Source: Opitutales bacterium
GTDB taxonomy: Bacteria; Verrucomicrobiota; Verrucomicrobiia; Opitutales; Coraliomargaritaceae
Direction of reading: 5' to 3'
Assembly: GCA_049598495.1 (NCBI GenBank)
Contig: JBMYNR010000021.1
Coordinates: forward strand, 1 to 27,685
Length of the DNA stretch: 27,685 nucleotides
Positions within the stretch are counted from its first letter, which is position 1. Each line of letters opens with the position of its first letter. A program made the position numbers and the translations under genes. Below are positions 27,459 through 27,685 of the stretch, piece by piece. The notes beneath the pieces are model-generated. The model ran no database searches. It was not told where the DNA came from and worked only from the letters and a program-made list of their open reading frames with translations.

Positions 27459-27685
27459 TCATTGGTTTACTAGGTTACTCACATAGTTTGCATGCCCCAT
27501 TTTTAAGCGATGCGCAATCCAGGGGTTCTTGGTTGTGGTTTCTTTTCTCAGCCGCTTGGCGATCGCTACTTTCCAATCAGCTCCTTTAGGCGAAGTATCG
27601 ATTTCGGATTCCTCCTTCTTCAAGTGCTTCATTTCATCCAAAACAATCTGTTCCCAACGCGCTTCATTCAGTTCCTTCAAATCGA
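27459..27685 (-). CDS. C-terminal part of a probable RAYT / IS200-like (Y1 HUH) transposase; 5' end lies outside the window
   Basis: Frame is open to the window edge. 'KGADWKVAIAKRLRKETT..NPWIAHRLKMG....VS' resembles the C-terminal helical domain of long RAYTs. The catalytic HUH part is not visible. Confidence 0.65.
   Translation of the reverse strand, partial: DLKELNEARWEQIVLDEMKHLKKEESEIDTSPKGADWKVAIAKRLRKETTTKNPWIAHRLKMGHANYVSNLVNQ

Noticed and set aside
1..27685. tRNA, rRNA or known riboswitch
   Set aside because: No cloverleaf or recognisable conserved motif seen by eye; a covariance-model scan was not possible.

Overview
Mostly housekeeping bacterial DNA, probably Verrucomicrobiota/Opitutia (inferred from protein style and gene order, not from a search). 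Gene order: lolE/C-lolD, Gfo/Idh/MocA oxidoreductase, an atypical Fur-family regulator, a REP-rich intergenic region, a membrane-anchored hypothetical, aspS, a large LptC/LptA-repeat protein, an FmdB-like protein, a complex I operon nuoB-N without nuoA, an NYN/YacP RNase, DUF2851, a nested MITE, serC, a truncated fucP and the 3' end of a RAYT-like HUH transposase. The most interesting signals are small selfish-DNA structures. (1) Four-helix-bundle genes sit at nuo gene junctions, bracketed by mutually complementary 7-mer tandem arrays, and a broken copy plus empty scars occur at other junctions. (2) Two REPIN copies have REP stems that covary. (3) A MITE-in-MITE has outer ends that overlap the stop codons of both neighbouring genes. 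(4) A RAYT-like element end abuts a decapitated fucP. All family assignments come from motif recognition by eye.
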